The position numbers were made by a program, and so were the translations under genes. A model generated the notes under the pieces. That model did not search any database. It saw only the letters and a program-made list of their open reading frames with translations, and was not told the DNA's origin. A stretch of DNA of 62,568 bases, the filler included. It is 5 parts of 5 records of this genome, joined end to end, with 100 filler letters (N's around TTAATTAATTAA, not from the genome) between each part and the next. Parts side by side here need not be neighbours in the genome. Positions count along the whole stretch, not along the records: positions 12,209 to 33,547 come from DRR378314_1491; positions 33,648 to 48,140 come from DRR378314_1496; 3 more parts are not named here. One strand, given 5' to 3'. Position 1 is the stretch's first letter, and the number at the start of each line of letters is the position of its first letter. Below, in pieces: positions 26,501-40,200 of the stretch.

Positions 26501-27105
26501 ACCTTTCGAGGCAACTGGCTGCGCTCCGGCACGCGCACGGCGGCAGAAACCGGTCCGCGTTGTGCGGAGAGAGTGCAGCAGCACGCACGCTCGACCTTTC
26601 TCCCAGCTGTATTGCCAAGGTACGCTGGCCATTTGTCCATCTCTGTCCTTCCACCTGTCGCATCTTCAACAAATACATATAAATATTTAGCGTCGTAGTG
26701 TCAGGATATCAAGACGTAGAGCGGAACTGGGGTTTGGGATAGACCCGTCGTTCGTTGGCGCTGCGCACTCCAGCACCCCAAGCACAACAAAAGTGCTGTG
26801 ATACTTGAATCACATGGGCACGCACTAGCGGCTCGCTAGGTGTTGCCCAGTCCAGTGGAAGCAAGCAAAGTGGCCGCCGCCTCGTTTCGCCTCTTTTATA
26901 ACCAGAAGCAGGCGGAGCGTTGCCGCTCCGGGGAAATTCTTTTGTACCTTCACACGCATTACAATAGAAATAATCATCGTTTATTTTATATTTTATGCAG
27001 GTTAGCACGGAGGCGATCGATCTAGCGCGGAAGGCAGACATTGCAAGGCTTCGCGGTCAGACTACTCTGCTGCTGCGCCAGCTGAACAGCGGCTCGACTG
27101 GCTGA
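23573..27105 (+). CDS. Multi-exon coiled-coil protein of unknown function
   Basis: Heptad-rich exons bounded by GT-AG (RIQDAQEMVHSLERELSQAREQ; EIHQLQETVAGYRDRQ; ERKEKEALDEKVTKLLLQ; KVERAIEAERQANRDL). Final exon VSTEAIDLARKADIARLRGQTTLLLRQLNSGSTG*. Start codon uncertain. Confidence 0.6.
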
Positions 27106-27637
27106 GCAGGCGCTATTTCTGTACTCCGTTTTTCCACGCCTTGGCGAAGTGTGGAATGTTGCGAACAGAGCGCGAAATTGACGCTTTCAATAAACTACTC
27201 GACGAAGAACATACGACAATCCAGGCTTCATTTTTGCTGCCGCATTCCTTTCTAACGACCCTCCCACTCGCAGCTTTGGGCTATTGTGCAAACCGGAGCA
27301 ATGACGCACGCGCACCGGTGTCTCAAAGGGACTGCTAGGGTTATCGCTATGATGTGGCCCATTCTTAGCTTCGCAACACAGCGGTGCGCGCACGGAATGG
27401 CTTAGCGCCGAGCGTCCAGGCGGTTTCCGGACGCTCTGTTCCTTGGCGGTGTGCCATTGCGTTGGCAGGGAAGTTTGCGTCTTATCCCCGCTTTCTTTTC
27501 AGAAGCTCCGCGAGTACCTTCTGAGAAACAGTACCGCAAAAACGACTTTGCTGTTGCTGCTGTCCGTAGCGAGAATTGGAAGGGGCGTCGCTGCAGTTCC
27601 GCTTCTGCTTGGCGGGCAACGCCGTCCAGGCCGAACA

Positions 27638-30600
27638 ATGCCGTCCGATACACAGGCACTCCTGGCACCGTCGCCGCTGCGGCGCCTTGGCGGGTGGCTT
27701 GCTCTTGCTGGGATGTTTGTCGCTATTCTTTTCGTTAACGTATCGTGCTTATTTGGTCAGATATTCATACTGCCTTTTTCTCGCAAGCGTTATCACCGCT
27801 GGGCTAACCGTGTAGTTCAGGTGTACACTGCGGGAACGTTCTGTTGGCTTGTGGAAAGGTGCGATCGCAGTGCTGTTGCTGCTGCTGCTCTTTGCAAAGG
27901 CTGTATTGCTGCCAGGCTGAGAACTGCCGTGTTTGCGTATATAGCAAATGTAGCGGACCGTATATTGAACCTTTCGTTTGTCGCATATTCTCGCATATTT
28001 GCTCTCCGTATCATTGCGCCGTTATTGGCCTCTGATTTTGCATCCGACTTCTATTGTGCAACTTCTACGAATTTCTCCGACGTGCAGTCTCTCCGGCCTT
28101 CGGCTCGAGCTGAGGACACACAATCTCGTGCTCGACAAGCCTATCTTTACCATTCTTGTACGTAGAAAATACACACCCTCGTATAGTGCAGACGCATGCG
28201 TCTCTTTGCTCCATGTGTGGCATTTTCCCGCAAGTGCTCGATGGCCGGCGAGCGGGAGCAATGCTGTGCTGAGATCTTCCCTAGTACCGTCTGAGCGCAC
28301 TGCTTTCTGCGGTGGCGCTTCCCGCACTCTGCGGCACTGCTCGCGAACGTGGTCTTTCTTTCCGTGCGTTGTGAGGGCAACGGACGTCCTGTTCCTAACC
28401 CACCGGTGATTGTCATCGCGTTGCGTATGCGAAAAATGAAGATCGCAAACCATGTTTCTTCGCTCGACTTTATGGTGCTGTACTGGGTTGCGGCCAAGCT
28501 CGGCTGTCCGGGCTCGCTGCGCTATCTGGCGAAGGAGTCGCTCAAGTACATCCCGCTCTTCGGGTGGGGTATGGCCCAGGTATGCCCAGAGGACAAGCGA
28601 GGCGGCACCCGCGACGTGCTCTTGCAACATTGAGATAGCTAGTTCACCGACAGACGCTTCCGCCGCGTGCTGTATGGTTCCATGGCCCTATAGCTTGAGC
28701 GAATGCGTAGCTTCTGCCGCGGCGTGCGCCTTGTCGCTACACGCCAGAGGCTGCTGCTCGTGCTGCTTTGCGCGGCAGCGCAAGGCTTCGGGCGGAAGTG
28801 CACGAGCGTGCGTAGCCTTGGCTGGAGCAGCACAAGCTCCTTTTTTACAGTGTATCCCGAACTCCCCGCTTGTACGGCCGGTAGCTTCGTTTCATTTTTA
28901 TGTATCCTCATGCGCGTACTTTTGACGCATGATTGTGAGAACTATGCCACGAGAGGCGAGCTGCATCTTGCTCGTTCGGAAGAGCAAGGCAGCGCCAGGC
29001 GAAGCCGCACTGCGTCGTCTGCGCCAAGCTCAGAAATGCTGTTCGGCAGAGTACCGCCAGCGCAGGAGCCGCTCAATGTCGTTGGCCGAGGAGAACAGGG
29101 CAGACCATGAGCGCGCTTACATGATTTCGGTTCCTTATTTTGATACGCGGTATGCGCATCGTTCGATGCAGGTCGAAATGATCTTCCTCAAGCGTCGATG
29201 GGATCAAGATGCGCCCCGAATCCGCGCTGGGCTTGAGCGGCTGCACTTGTTGCAGGAAGATCTTATTATTGCGATTTTCCCCGAGGGAACACGTGCAAAC
29301 GCCAAGTCGATTGCGGTACGCTAGGTTCAGAGATCTTCCATATCAGCTAGCAGCTGCACACTTGAATTATGGGTGATCTGGTATTCAAAACCGCCTGGGC
29401 TGGGCGAATCGTGGAAGCGGTGAAGGTGGTGAAGGACTTTTGTTGTGCGGCATTGGCGTTTGCGGTTGTAGCCATTCTACTCTGCATTGGAAACCGGCAC
29501 GCGCAAGGCTGCCGTTGTGTTAGATGTGCACGACGGTCCGTGCATGGGGTACCCAATGTCACATGTTTTGCGCAGCGGTCTTGTGGCGGCATAAGCGTGT
29601 TCGTTTGCTCGGAAGTAGGCGTTTCAAAGCATGTGCTCTCGGACGACGAAGCTAGGCTCTTATCCGCTTCTCACTTTGGTCCTCGGCTGCTACTGTGGGG
29701 TTTCTGCAGGCTGGGCAAGAGTTTGCACGCTCTCGGAATCTCACGCCGCTGAAACATCTTCTTTGCCCACGAGTGAAGGTATGCTTTGCTCTCAAGTTCG
29801 GTTCGGAATCTCGAAAAAAAATTGGGGGGGAGACAGGCTTCTCGTTTGTTCCTCTTGTGGGAGCGGAATGAGACAAAGTCGGTGCAGCGTGCGGCTGATG
29901 ACTACATATTTTCGGACCACCCGAAAGCACAGCACTCTGAAAGTGATTTCGTACATACTCAACGATTAGGACGTTTCGTTTTTCTTGACCAGTTGTTTTC
30001 GGAGACCCCCTCTCCTGTTTTGTCACGTCGATACCTACGTATGAGGAACCAGTGTATTCTCGGGAGGCATCAATTTGGTTGTTCTCCATGTGTTTCGTTT
30101 TGTGGCTGCGGAATAGCAGCTGGCATAGTGCGCGCGCGCAGCCAACCTTTATTCTATTCTTCAAGCCTCTGGATATTTATTCTCAATTGCGATATAAGTG
30201 TACATGATGGCGTGTTGCGCACGTGCTTTTTTTTGGTTTACCTTGCGGGGTAGGGGTTCGCGGCGCTCGTCCGCGGCATTGCCGGATGCTCGTCGGAGTC
30301 GATCCTTGACGTCACGTACACGTACGATGGGGCTGCGCCGTCCATCGTTAGCGCTGCCACAGGCAAAGCGAGTGGCCAGCGCGCGATCGTGCATGTGCGG
30401 CAAATCCCCATCCGCCCGCTGCAGAATCTCGATGACGCTGAACTGACAAAGGTACTGTTGCGATACACATGGGCGCGTTTGGGCGATTGGTGTCCTGCGC
30501 GGAGGAGCAGGGCGGGGCAACGAATTTCTTGCGATGCTCTGGAGCCTATGCCTGTGGGCTCTGTTGGGCCTCATTGTGCTCCTGTTGCGCGCGAGCTCGC

Positions 30601-30852
30601 GCTTTGGGACTCTTCATCGCGACACCCTGGTTGGTATTATTCTCCGCGTGAATCTTTATGCAGCCCATTCGTTTCCGCCTGCTGTCTTCGCGTGCCATAA
30701 TGCAGAGACTACACCAGATCTTTGTTGAGAAAGATGGTCTGTGCTCCGCACATATGCGCGAACTGGAGCAACTGCGCACGCGCGAGCGGGCGAGTAGGCA
30801 AGCCGGCGAAAGAAGCGGGGCGAGCGAGATGCGGCGGAGGAAGAAGGGGTGA
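27638..30852 (+). CDS. Lysophospholipid acyltransferase (AGPAT3/4/5-LCLAT1 clade, PlsC fold). Exons ~27638-27858, 28088-28157, 28442-28579, 29172-29315, 29710-29778, 30254-30451, ~30706-30852
   Basis: N-terminal TM segment, IANHVSSLD (HxxxxD), LAKESLKYIPLFGWGM, IFLKRRWDQD, IFPEGTR, KHLLCPRVKGF, ILDVT, LHQIFVEKD. Confidence 0.9.
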
Positions 30853-32107
30853 TTGGCAATTCGAGTGGGTGTTGCCCAGCTGCTCTGCTTTCGCATTCTT
30901 GTGCTTGGTCGATCATGCGCAGAAGGTCCTCGACTTCGGAGCTGGGTGCGTGGTGCGACAAATACCCGGCGAACAAGAGTTACTCATTCGTGATGCAAGG
31001 AGTGCACTTTGTGTATGTAGAGTCGATTTTTTGGGTGTTCTACCTCTGTCGGGGCTGAATGTTCAAGAGTACATTTTTTTTGTCCTCGTCCCGGCGTCGG
31101 ATTGGAGGTCGGGGAGCCTGATCTTGGGGTGCGTTTAGCGGCGGTGGCGTGCTGACTGGACGTTTTTTTTTTTTTTTTTATTTAATATATACATTCGGCG
31201 AGCTGGATTCTGCAATACATGGTTCCCTTTTCGCTATCAATGTTTCAATGTTCACTCTGTCGCAAATTTAGAATTCAACAGAGTGAGCCACGTGCGAGGC
31301 CTGTGCACCGAAAGTGGGACTGGAAGCGCACGCGAACGGGGCACCAGTGTCGAGAGGCGTGGCTCGATCCGCCGGCGAGGGCGTTGGCGGCCTGGGAGAT
31401 GCACTTCGTAGGGGTACGATGCGGTATCCTGGAGTGCGCGGCACCTGCGTCGCTGGAAGCCGCTCGCGCAGCTGCGTCGCGTGAAGAGCGGAGCCGCTGG
31501 ACACACTCGGGACTGGTGGCTGCCAGGCAAGGTAGCGAGTGCAGCCGTGCCAAAGATTATTTCCGCACAGGCACGTGAATATTGCAGTAGTTTGATGCAG
31601 AGTTAGGGCCCTACTGTTTGTGGCTGGGGATTTCGTCGCAGCATATGAGAACGCCGATCCGCTTCTTGCCTATGTCCGCGCACGAAGTTCGTGTCTTGGA
31701 GCGTGGTGCTGCAGCCTTGCTCTCGCTTCGTCATCACTGGCGAAGCTATCGCAGTGCGTTTTCCGCTCGTACTCGGCAAGCAAACGGTCTTTGCACTGGT
31801 AGTTACACCCATGTAGTGCGGTTCGTCTAGTTGTTCCGAGCCCGCGCTTGTGTGGAAACGCCTTGCTTTCCGCGCAGGGTTTGACCACGACTCTACCGCT
31901 TCTCAACTGCGCATGCAGCTGCCGCCGTTCCGTTGCTGCGGTTGGCCGCTAGCGCGCGCTGCACAGTCCGCTTATTTTCCGCTCCTTTGTCCACACAAAA
32001 TCGAGTGACTTGTAATATTAATGCATTGTTTATCACCGTGTAACAAATCATTCACACCTGGATTGTTACGCGCTCCTTTCACAATACTTGAGCAGGAAAC
32101 GGCAACC

Positions 32108-33547
32108 ATGGGCGACAAGCTGGCGGCGTCGTCCAAGGAGGAGCTTGTGGCTGCACTTCAGAAACAAGGCGTGCAGCTCAAGAGCCTGAAGGAAGCGTAC
32201 GACAAGCTCAATGCGAAAGCGTCCGAGCTCCTCAAGCTATACAAAAAGACACAATCAGATTATCAAAACGTGAATACACAGCTGAAAGAAAGCCAGGGTC
32301 GTGAGCGAGCGCTTGAACAGGAGAGAAAAGGGCTCGAGGACACCAACGCTGAGCTTCGCGCTGCAGCAGCTAGCGCTGCTGCTCAGGCTGATAGTTCGGC
32401 AAGCAAAGCGGGGGATCCCGATTTACAAGAAAAACTGCAAGATCGCCTGCGCCAGGCAATCAGTATCATCAAGAAACACGAGGCAGAAAAAAAGGCGCTA
32501 CAGGAGGCACACGCAAAGGCAATCGCTGCAGCCCAGTCCGAAGGCCCCAAGGTACTCAAAAGCTCTCTTGCGCTGTACGACCGCGCGAGCGTCCTGGATT
32601 GCTAACGGTCTGCTGAGAGCGAAGAGCTCCCGGTACCTGGTACTCTTACAGAACGCCAATAAACCTTTTTATTACCTTTAATTACTCATTTATTTCCGAG
32701 TGCGGTGTTTCGTGGAAAAGTATATTGAAGAATACTTGTGTATTTTCGCGTTAAGGATTTCTTGTCCTGCAGTTGCAAGTCCTCCTTTTCGCCACGTGTG
32801 CTGCTCGACTGCGCAGCAAATCGTAGCGTGCTGTGCGGTTGTCGTACGGATCTGACAAGATGACCTGCCTTTAACATGAATTAGGACGCAATATAATGAT
32901 TTTGCTGGTGTAGGATATTGTGGAAAAGTATGAAAAGGATATCGAAGAGTTCATGGCAGAGAGCGAACGGGAGAAGTCCGAGCTCAATGGGCGCATCAGC
33001 CAGCTTGAAAGTCAGCTGCACGTACTACAGGAGTCACTTCGAATTGAAAAGAGCGCACGCGAGGAAGGTATGCATGCGCAGAATGTTCTTAGTGCACACA
33101 AGCATCCTCTCAGGCAGGTTCCTGGGAAGTTCTGTAAGGCGGCGATGTACTTGCTTACAAGTGACGATCAGCGCTCGTTTCCTCCTTTCTGAGACTACGC
33201 TCCACCGCGCCGTCTTATTTCTTGCATCTCATACTTTCTACCCTGAACTTTGCTTTCTACCCTCCATCAACAGCAGAGAAGAACCAAAGTGTAAATGATG
33301 ATGCTTCAACACGCAACTCCACTCTAAAGCATGCTCTCGACTCAGCAGTTGCTCGGCTCGAGGAAGAAACGAAGGAGAAGCAAACTCTGCAAACCGCACT
33401 CGAGCGCGTAACCGCAAAAATCGAAGAGCAACAGGCGCATATTACCAACCTCAAAGAATCGCTGTCAAAGATAGAGAATGAAAAATCAAATTCTTTATCG
33501 GCCTGCAAATCTCGCATACAGGAGCTCGAGCAGGCTCTTGCAAAGGC
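32108..33547 (+). CDS. N-terminal part of a long coiled-coil protein (golgin-like?), truncated by gap. Exons ~32108-32551, 32914-33067, 33274-33547
   Basis: MGDKLAASSKEELVAALQKQGVQLKSLKEAYDKL..., continuous heptad pattern across GT-AG junctions. Confidence 0.7.
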
Positions 33548-33647
33548 NNNNNNNNNNNNNNNNNNNNNNNNNNNNNNNNNNNNNNNNNNNNTTAATTAAT
33601 TAANNNNNNNNNNNNNNNNNNNNNNNNNNNNNNNNNNNNNNNNNNNN
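33548..33647. other. Assembly gap with artificial TTAATTAATTAA linker
   Basis: Same 100-nt N/linker block. Confidence 0.97.
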
Positions 33648-33673
33648 GAGAGAGAGAGAGAGAGAGAGAGAGA
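33648..33673 (+). repeat. (GA)n microsatellite at contig end
   Basis: gagagagaga... directly abutting the gap; may have broken the assembly. Confidence 0.9.
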
Positions 33674-34004
33674 AAGATGTTGCGGTTCATAGTTTTCGGA
33701 CACATTGCCCACCGTGCATTTTTACAGCATTCTATCAACGTACCTTTATTTGTAATTCGCTCCAACAAAACTGATATATTTATGCGCCTTGTATCGCGTT
33801 CCATATCACCACAGGAAAGAAATTCGCATCTCTCGCGTTCGATATCGAAAACGCCGTCATGTACGTTTCGTTTCCTCATGTAACTTTCTTATGACAACCA
33901 CACGCATGAAAGTAACTTTTACATATAAAAATAGCCACTTCGATATCATACTGCATCGTGAGCACTGGTGCGACAGCATAGTATCGACTTGCATGAATGC
34001 TCAG

Positions 34005-36492
34005 CTAAAGATTTAGTGCCCAAGAAGTACGTCTGGGGCCATTCTATCTCTCGCTGTACGTCTCACGCATTTACAAATATGTACGCAAATGGTTTTTTTA
34101 CGCTCTCTAATTTGACGAATTCTCCTTGCAGCGATGCGACGCCGGCCGGACGCGTTGTCTCGATTGTAGTAAAGGGGGTTGATATTTACAAGCACATCAA
34201 GAGGTTCGCAAGCATACCCAACCTACTCTCCTTTCGGTAGTTGGGAAACGAACCACTCTGGTTAACCAGGTTCTGCTCGTTTTCAAATACGTGCAGCGTT
34301 TCTTATATGTTCGTTCGCGCCATGTTCGTTTTTTCCCGTTCATTTTCTGAATACCGCAGTGCGATCTCGAGCTGCCACGACCACGATTACATTTCCTGCG
34401 GCGCCGATATCGGCGATGCAATCACTACAATCAATACGAGTGACCTGCTCCACGGATTTTTCCAAAAAGTTGCCGGATTCATTCCCGAGAGTACGTGATT
34501 CAGACTCATTGGCTTATAAGAGGACAGTCCCTGGTGTCCTTTCTGGTGATATTGGATTTCGTTTGCGTACTCGCCACGCTGTAGCGGTTCTCTTTGAAAG
34601 GAATGTAGCAGTTGTGAGCCTCGCATGTATTCTTCTTCCACGATTCTTGACCTCTTCTTGATGCCTCTACACTCTCTTCCGCTCCAGGTCTTGGATCAGA
34701 CGCTTCAGGGCTGATGCACACCTTTGACGTGCTCCACAACGCCTTTGAGAAAATTTACACCCCAGTACAGAAAATCGAGGGCAGCATTCAGGTACCGAAC
34801 CCTTTAGATTTTGGAGCTACAGGGCTCTTCCTCCGGTTTAGTCGCTTGTCTGCAGTGCTCTTCCTTATGCAAAAGCACCAGGGTCTGGTTGCTACTAAAA
34901 TCGCGCTCTTTGTTCCATCCAGCTGTGCTCTTCGCCCCCCCCCACCTCGTAGTCCACCTGAATGACACAAATGGTTCTGGTTTACTCTTGGATCTGCTTC
35001 TGTAGGGCTGGATTTCCAAAATCGAAAACTGGAGAACGCTGCTCACCGACGGCGAGAACAAGGCATTTGCTCCGCTGATCAACACAATTGAAGGGTACGC
35101 AGACTGCGTTTTATTCTATTGGATATGATAACTTGGTGCGACGTGCAGCGACTTCCTCAATGTGTTGTGCGGAAAGAGTAAAGGAGTCGAGTGTATTCTT
35201 AGCTTGAACGTCTTGGCGTTTCGGTTCCACACCCTTGCGTTCAGTGACATTGGCAAGCTTATTGATAGTGCCGAAGGTATTCTCGAGAAAACTGGCATCG
35301 ACGATGCTACAGCTAAGAAAATCGGACAAGAGGCGATGACAGGTATGCGGGTACTTGGCTCTTCTGTACAGGGGGAGAAGTTACCGGGCGCATATTGCTA
35401 CGTCAGAGAGAGCAGAGACTTACAAATTTTCTTCGCAACGCATCTTCTTGCCAGCTGTAGCTTCTATAGTCTATGGTCGTCGTCATATCTCTGTTTTATT
35501 CCGTTGTCGTATTCTTGCTTCGCGCGCCGAACCTGCGAGCGGGTCCGGAGGATCATTGAGTTTATGAAATTGCGCCTGCTGTTTCTGGCGCGATGGCTCT
35601 TTCTTTTTTTTTCTTCTTGCTCGAACGATGTTTTTCCTTCTGCGCAGATCTTGGCGACACGATTGACAAATGGAGCGCTTACCTCGAAAAGGCGAGCCAG
35701 AAAGTCATCAGCAAAGATATGGATAAAATCGTTGATGCTGTCAAGAATGCAGATGTGTACGTGCGGTGCTTGTAGTGAGGGCATCAGCTACCCGCGAGCC
35801 ACAGTGTAGTATGCTTTCGTTCGCCTCGGCAGTTCTCTCCTGATGTTATCGCCTCGCATTATGTTTCACGTTTGGAGGACCCTCGTCCAATTTAGTTTGC
35901 AAAGCATTGCGAAATCATTTTCCGCGCACGCAACATTCTCGATTTTTCCTCTTTGTGGTACCAAGGCGCTGGTGTGGGCCGAGCTAGTCGACGTACAAGG
36001 CGCTATGCAAACGGAGGTTCTAGATACGCTCGTCACGCAAGCAATATACGTCCTTTCGTGTCATTTGTGTCAACATTGCAGCATCTTTGACGAAAAAACC
36101 AAGCTCATTAATCAAATCCTTGTCGGAGGACAGGACATTTTCCAAGATGTTGAGGATGCCAAGGACAAGTGTGCCCAGGAGGACTTTGAGGATTGTGGTA
36201 GCTCACTGGGCACTCTTGTGCAAACGGTGTGTTTCCTCGGGCTACGACATTCTTTTCCCACAGCGCCGCTCGCATTGATGTTGACTTCATTTGGCGCTCT
36301 TGATCTTTTGTCTACGCTTTTGAATGTCTTGGTTTGCGCATTAAGCCCTCCGTGTTGGTAAGTTCTCTGTCTTCGTACCCGCCTCTGATAGATCCACTTC
36401 CGCAAATACTGACCCGTCGCTGCTTGTTGCGTGCGCTGTGCACGACGCAGATCGAAGACATCATACAGAAGAAGGATCCCCCTTCGGCTTAA
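34005..36492 (+). CDS. Helical protein with an internal duplicated Cys-containing motif; at least 8 short exons, 5' end unresolved
   Basis: Spliced ORF contains IVVKGVDIYKHIKSAISSCHDHDYISCGADIGDAI and ILVGGQDIFQDVEDAKDKCAQEDFEDCGSSLGTLV. Ends IEDIIQKKDPPSA* (TAA 36490-36492). Phases are consistent from 34131 onward. Confidence 0.7.
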
Positions 36493-37224
36493 GAAGATAC
36501 TTGTGCTGCAAATTCCGTGGCATTTCGCCAATTGAGCCTAGATCTTGAGTGCTGGATACGCGTTGAGCATACAGTGAGGTGCTCCGCAGTTGTGCCTTTC
36601 ATACAGGACGAAAGGGAGCCAATGTGGCAACCCTGGAGATTCCCGTTCGCGGCACTCAGCACACTCGACCACTGTATCGTCGTGTAAGCAGCAGCGGAAA
36701 TTCACTTTCTTTGCTAGCTTCTCATTATGTGAAACTACCCATTTTGTTACGTAGCAGGCAATGTTCTCCAATGAGTAATCGCCTTCTTTTCCTCGCCAGC
36801 ACAAGCGAAGTGCCAAAGCTGAGTGCAGATGGCAAACGGTAGCGTTACGCCCGGCGAGGTTACTCCCGCATCTGGGCATCCTCCAATTCGAGCCTCCACA
36901 TATCGCACATTCGCCTATTCCGACTACATCACTGGTTTATTTTCACACAAGGAAAACGAATGGTTGTAATGCCTGGTCCATGCGCCCGTGGATCGTGGGC
37001 TGCTCTCGAAAGACGACTTCGTGCGCGCGCGCGCCTCCCTCCCTTTGCCCGCTCGGCAGCACGCCCACCCCCAGTTCCCCCTCCGCTCGCCCCGGCTTTC
37101 GCTTCCCGCGCGATTCGGTCCCGACGGCGCGCTGGTGTGTCGTCGTTTCCTGTTGTATCTACACAGCACCACCTATCTCTTCGTGTCTTTCCTCAGAATA
37201 GAATCTGAAGGCGCAAGAGTAAAT

Positions 37225-40200
37225 ATGCGTGTCAGAACTCTTTCTTGCATTCTCCTGCTTTACATCTTCGCAACAGGCACGGAAGGTGCTACAACAGCGG
37301 AAGGTACATGGGAAAGCTTCTGCACCTTGGTGCTTGCTGCGAAGTCGAGTGCTGCTCGCCCTGTGGCTTTTCATGACGCATCAGTTCTTTTTTCTTGCCT
37401 GTCTACACTCGCCAAGTTGAGGTTTCGTGAATTGGAACGGTTACAGAGTACTATCTCCTTGGATTGTGCCACGGATAGTGCAAGTGCTCCGCGCAGAGCT
37501 CATAAGTAGGGGCATGTCATTCACAGCTGAGGTTCGAGTTGCAAGCGTCGACTGGTGGCCAACTCCGTCATATGCACGGAAGTAGCGCGCTTATGCGAAG
37601 AAAGGGTCACATGGAGAATGACTCCATCGCTCGCGCCTTGGACCTCCTGTTTCTCCCTCGCTTCTACAGAAAAAATACCTGCCTCTTAGCGTGTGCACGA
37701 TAAAGAAAGAAGAAGCTCGATATGCTTGGCCAGCATCCTTTTCTTGAGCCGCAGCAACGGAAGGAAATTATCGAGTATAGGGACTTTGACTGTGACGGGA
37801 GTACTGGCACAACGTTGTTTCCTTGTCCTCGGAATATTTCCAAATCGCAATGTAGCTATGTGGAAGCAGAGAATACGTCTCTACCACAACATCGCCCCCC
37901 TGAGCCCAGTAACTTTCGTTCGCCCATGCCCTGACGCTTTGAACATTTGGTAATTTACGCTCTTTCCGCTGTATTCCCCAAAGCGCAAACACTCCAGTCA
38001 TTGTACAATTCGCTTCAAGGCGAAAAGTGGATTGACAAGGCAGGGTGGACGGAGCCCACTTCGGACCCTTGCGGGTGGTACGGCGTCACGTGCGACGCGA
38101 ACGGCAGCGTGACGGAGCTGTACGTTTTCTGCCAAGGCAATGCGGCATTGCGAAAAATAGGAGCGCCGCATTTTCTTTTTCCAGTCCAGACTGCAACAGA
38201 CCTCTCAGTGGCTGTGCTTCAACGATCTTCTCGCTCGTGTTAAGCATTCCGAAGGGCAAGCGTTCGGGACAGAAAGACTTGGTTTCTCCCGTGCTCCAAA
38301 TCAAACCCGAGTTGCTTGAAGCTGTTTTCTCCGTGTCGATGAAAGCCTGCTGAGCACTGTGGCATGCACGGAGCTGCCATTGTACCAACTAGCCCAAACC
38401 CTCTGCTGTTGTGATAGAGAGGAGCGACTGTATCGTTTCTTGACGATTCTCGCTACAAACGAAGGTTTCTCAGCACATGCGCTGTTCTTCCCGCTGGGCC
38501 CACCGGAACCAGAGCGGACGTCGAGCCGTCTCCAGTTTCAGAACACGTAGGCAGTCGCAAGCGTTTGGACGATGCATCCTTCTCCCCTGAATACTGTGTC
38601 TCGCATTATACAAAGCTTCATGCTTGCTACATTGATTAAGAATCTTATTTTGCTTGGAACCTCACACTTTCTGTTGCAGAGATCTTCGCGGCAACAATCT
38701 GCAGGGAGTATTGCCAAGCCTGAAAGGACTTGCAAACCTGCAGGCAATGTACGTCCAATGATAATTAAGATTTTGTGCACTCACTTGTCGACAAATCATC
38801 AGATCCTTGTACAGTCGCATGCAAAAAAACGAATTGCAGACCTTTCAAGCGCTTTCATATGTAACACACGGCCTCCGAATTGCCATCTCCATACCCTGAA
38901 CTAAATGAGAATCTGCTGTTTTCCCGCTCCACAGGGACATAAGTTGGAATCACGTGTCTGGTGCATTCGAGGATGATGTCTTCTCACACATGCCAGCGCT
39001 TGTATCGCTTCAAATCGCGAGCAATGACCTTTCTGGGTAAGCGGTCGGTTTACACCCTTTTGGTGTCCGTTGAACGAGAAAGCAACGACTTACCCGCAGC
39101 AGCATGTATCGGGTGGTAGTTTTAGGTACCGAGCGCAGGAACGTAGGAAAGAGAACTTGCAACGCGCATCCCTTTGCAAATTCTCTCCTCGAAACTACGT
39201 GCTGCGTGGCGCTGCGGAATTCTTAACCCTTCTTCTTTGTATTGATCGTTGTGCAATTCTCGTTGCTTTCCTATTTTTTTGCATCATATAGAAATATTCC
39301 CTCGTCTCTATGCATGCCAGAGCAGCTGACGTTTGTGGACTTGTCCAACAACGACTTTACCGGCGCCCTTCCACAGTGTAATGCACAGCAGTGGAAAAAC
39401 ATTCGCGTCTTCCACTGCGCCAGTGAGAATCTCTTCGACGAGAATGCGCTCAGCAAATTTGCACAGTACGTTCCTTCTAGCGCGACATATTACTCTTAGG
39501 ATAGGTGTGGGTGGTGTAATGCAAATGAGTTGCCAATACACGCCTCTCGGCTTGGCTTGGTCATAGAAACAGCGAGCAGACAAAGAGTCGTTGAGTCAGA
39601 GAATGCTGTTCGAGGTGGTTGGGCGTCGAAGAGTATGGTATACCACAACTTTGTCGCTTTGCCTTGATGCGATTCCTTCATCAAATTCCGTCCTATTTTG
39701 TACACGTTTCTCCACATAATGGACTCTCCACGCTTTCTTGGTAAGGAAGATGGGCTTCTTTGCGGTCACGGTGGAGTCGTACAGTCTTCCAAATCTTCGC
39801 TTTGGAGTACAAATAAGCTAGTGGCTCTCACATTCGACGCGTCCCATGTCCGCTAGTGGATAACTTACGTGAGTGCGATAACGCGGATCAGATCCTTGCA
39901 GATATATGCATATCCTTACTTGAGATAGTGCTTCATGTTTCATCTCTATCCTCCACCCACATTTTCATTCCTTGTTCTGGCTGTCTTCGCAGGTGCACCA
40001 ACCTGATCTCGCTGGGGCTCGCAGGCGTTCGCACCGGCGGAGGCACTCTGGCCCCCCTGGGCGGCTTCACGAGCACGAACTTGTCGCATTTGGACTTGGT
40101 GAATATGGAACTACAGGGAAACATCGAGCCATGTATGTTGGATAGAAGTGCACATGACTGGATTCCGTAGTGAACTGCTGCTCGAAAATCCCCTTGTTCG

